Of a DNA stretch of 64,000 bases, positions 62,809 to 64,000 are shown in pieces (the first letter of the stretch is position 1; every line of letters starts with the position of its first letter). The stretch is taken from assembly GCA_963716725.1 (NCBI GenBank), contig CAVQUB010000004.1, positions 96,001 to 160,000 of the forward strand, read 5' to 3'. Source of the stretch: an uncultured delta proteobacterium (lineage in GTDB: Bacteria > Myxococcota_A > Polyangia > Polyangiales > Polyangiaceae). Under the pieces are notes generated by a model. The model was not told the DNA's origin, did no database searches, and was given only the letters and a program-made list of their open reading frames with translations. The translations under genes and the position numbers were made by a program.

Positions 62809-64000
62809 TCAAACACATCTCATTGCGAGCGGACGGCGCGTGTGATCTACGGGAGAAATGCCGGCAACAGAATGGTTAGGGCGGTCGATTTCGGACGAGT
62901 TCGAGGGCTCTCAGCTCGGCGATAAGCGGCGCAGTGACAGGCTCGGTTGGCTCGCTGAGAAACTGATGGCGGCGCCCGGTGTTGGGTTTCCGCAGGCTGT
63001 CGACACTCCGTCCGAGCTTGAGGGAGTCTACCGATTCCTGCGCAACGAGCAGTTCGACGCGGAGCAGATCCTCGACCCGCACCTGTCGGCGACGGTGGAG
63101 CGTGTGAGTTCCGCTGGCCTGTGTATCGTCGCGCACGATACGACCGAAGTATCGCTCGGCGGCGCCAGTCGGCGAGCTGGGTTGGGCGTCACGTCCGGCG
63201 GCAGCCAGGGGTTTCTCGCACACGTGGCGCTGGCCGTGCTTCCCGGCGAGGAGCGAGTGCCACTCGGAGTTCTGGGTCTACAGCGACACGTCCGCCTCGT
63301 ACACAAGGGTGGACGCGGGCGCCGCCGGTCTGTCAGTCGGAGAGACCCCGAGCGCGAATCACTGCGCTGGCCGGCCATGCTCGAGGCCGTCCATGCACGC
63401 TGCCCCGGCAGCGCGCTCATTCACGTGATGGACCGCGAAGCGGACATTTTCGAGGTCCTGGCGAAGGCGCAGGAACTCGGTGCGCGCTACGTCATCCGTT
63501 CGGCTCACGACCGAGTAACTGAGGAAATAGGCATCTGCTTGCGCAGTGCAATCTCAACGCTCGAACCGCAGTTTTTTCGCACGATCTCGGTGTCATCGAG
63601 GAAACCGAGCAGTCGCGCGCATGCTGCAAAAGAGCACCCGTCTCGCAACGCCCGGAGCGCGGAGGTCGCCGTGGCAGGCAAACGTTTGACTGTGCTGCGC
63701 CCCCGCAACACTCGACATGAGACGCGCAGCATCGAACTCAACGTGGTTCGAGTCTGGGAACTCCAACCACCAGAAGGCGAGCCGTCGGTCGAGTGGGTGC
63801 TGCTCACTACCGAACCCATTGACACCGTCGCCGAACTCGCGACCGTCGTGGACTGTTACCGCAGTCGGTGGGTGATCGAAGAGTTCTTCAAGGCACTCAA
63901 GCAAGGGTGTTCTCTCGAGAAACGACAGCTCGAGTCGTATCAGGCACTGAGCAACGCGCTCGCCGTGTTCCTGCCCATCGCCTGGCGCCTGTTGCTCATG
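62802..64000 (+). mobile_element. IS4-family (IS50-like) insertion sequence, right end outside window
   Basis: Left IR CTCATGATCAAACACATCT (62802-62820) is 16/19 identical to the IR at 13731. Confidence 0.88.
62858..64000 (+). CDS. IS4-family transposase (open to window end; absent from ORF track because no stop codon)
   Basis: MPATEWLGRSISDEFEGSQLGDKRR, YRFLRN, AHDTTE, ESLRW, HVMDREAD, EWVLLTTEP, YRSRWVIEEFFKALK; GGGAGA RBS. Confidence 0.9.
   Translation, partial: MPATEWLGRSISDEFEGSQLGDKRRSDRLGWLAEKLMAAPGVGFPQAVDTPSELEGVYRFLRNEQFDAEQILDPHLSATVERVSSAGLCIVAHDTTEVSLGGASRRAGLGVTSGGSQGFLAHVALAVLPGEERVPLGVLGLQRHVRLVHKGGRGRRRSVSRRDPERESLRWPAMLEAVHARCPGSALIHVMDREADIFEVLAKAQELGARYVIRSAHDRVTEEIGICLRSAISTLEPQFFRTISVSSRKPSSRAHAAKEHPSRNARSAEVAVAGKRLTVLRPRNTRHETRSIELNVVRVWELQPPEGEPSVEWVLLTTEPIDTVAELATVVDCYRSRWVIEEFFKALKQGCSLEKRQLESYQALSNALAVFLPIAWRLLLM

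Overview
High-GC (about 70% by eye) bacterial chromosome segment. Gene content (Ser/Thr kinases, vWA and Cys-rich lipoproteins, PilZ, DUF4388) suggests Myxococcota, probably Polyangiaceae-like; this is inference. Most of the window is housekeeping: gltB, lptD-like, REC-GGDEF, TolC, map, rpsP-khpA-rimM-trmD, rpmB, xerD, trpG/trpD/trpC, truB, gatCA, rpsB-tsf, rfbB and a sulfatase. Several conserved genes carry single-base frameshifts, most likely long-read assembly errors. Two accessory islands (about 13.4-18.3 kb and 60.5-64 kb) share an architecture that the ORF track does not show. Each has an inverted, internally deleted IS1182-like element with a conserved hairpin end, then a ~235-bp leader, then a gene for a DUF222-like/HNH nuclease with a RuvA-C-terminal-like tail (5' fragment only in the second island). 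Each unit is bounded by outward IS1182-type ends, contains or abuts a 27-bp palindromic repeat (GACCCTTGGAAGTCCCTGGCGAGGGAC; one copy versus a 9-copy tandem array), and has been hit by an IS4/IS50-like element. No tRNA, rRNA or CRISPR array was recognised. All alignments were made by eye, and element ends may be off by a few bases.
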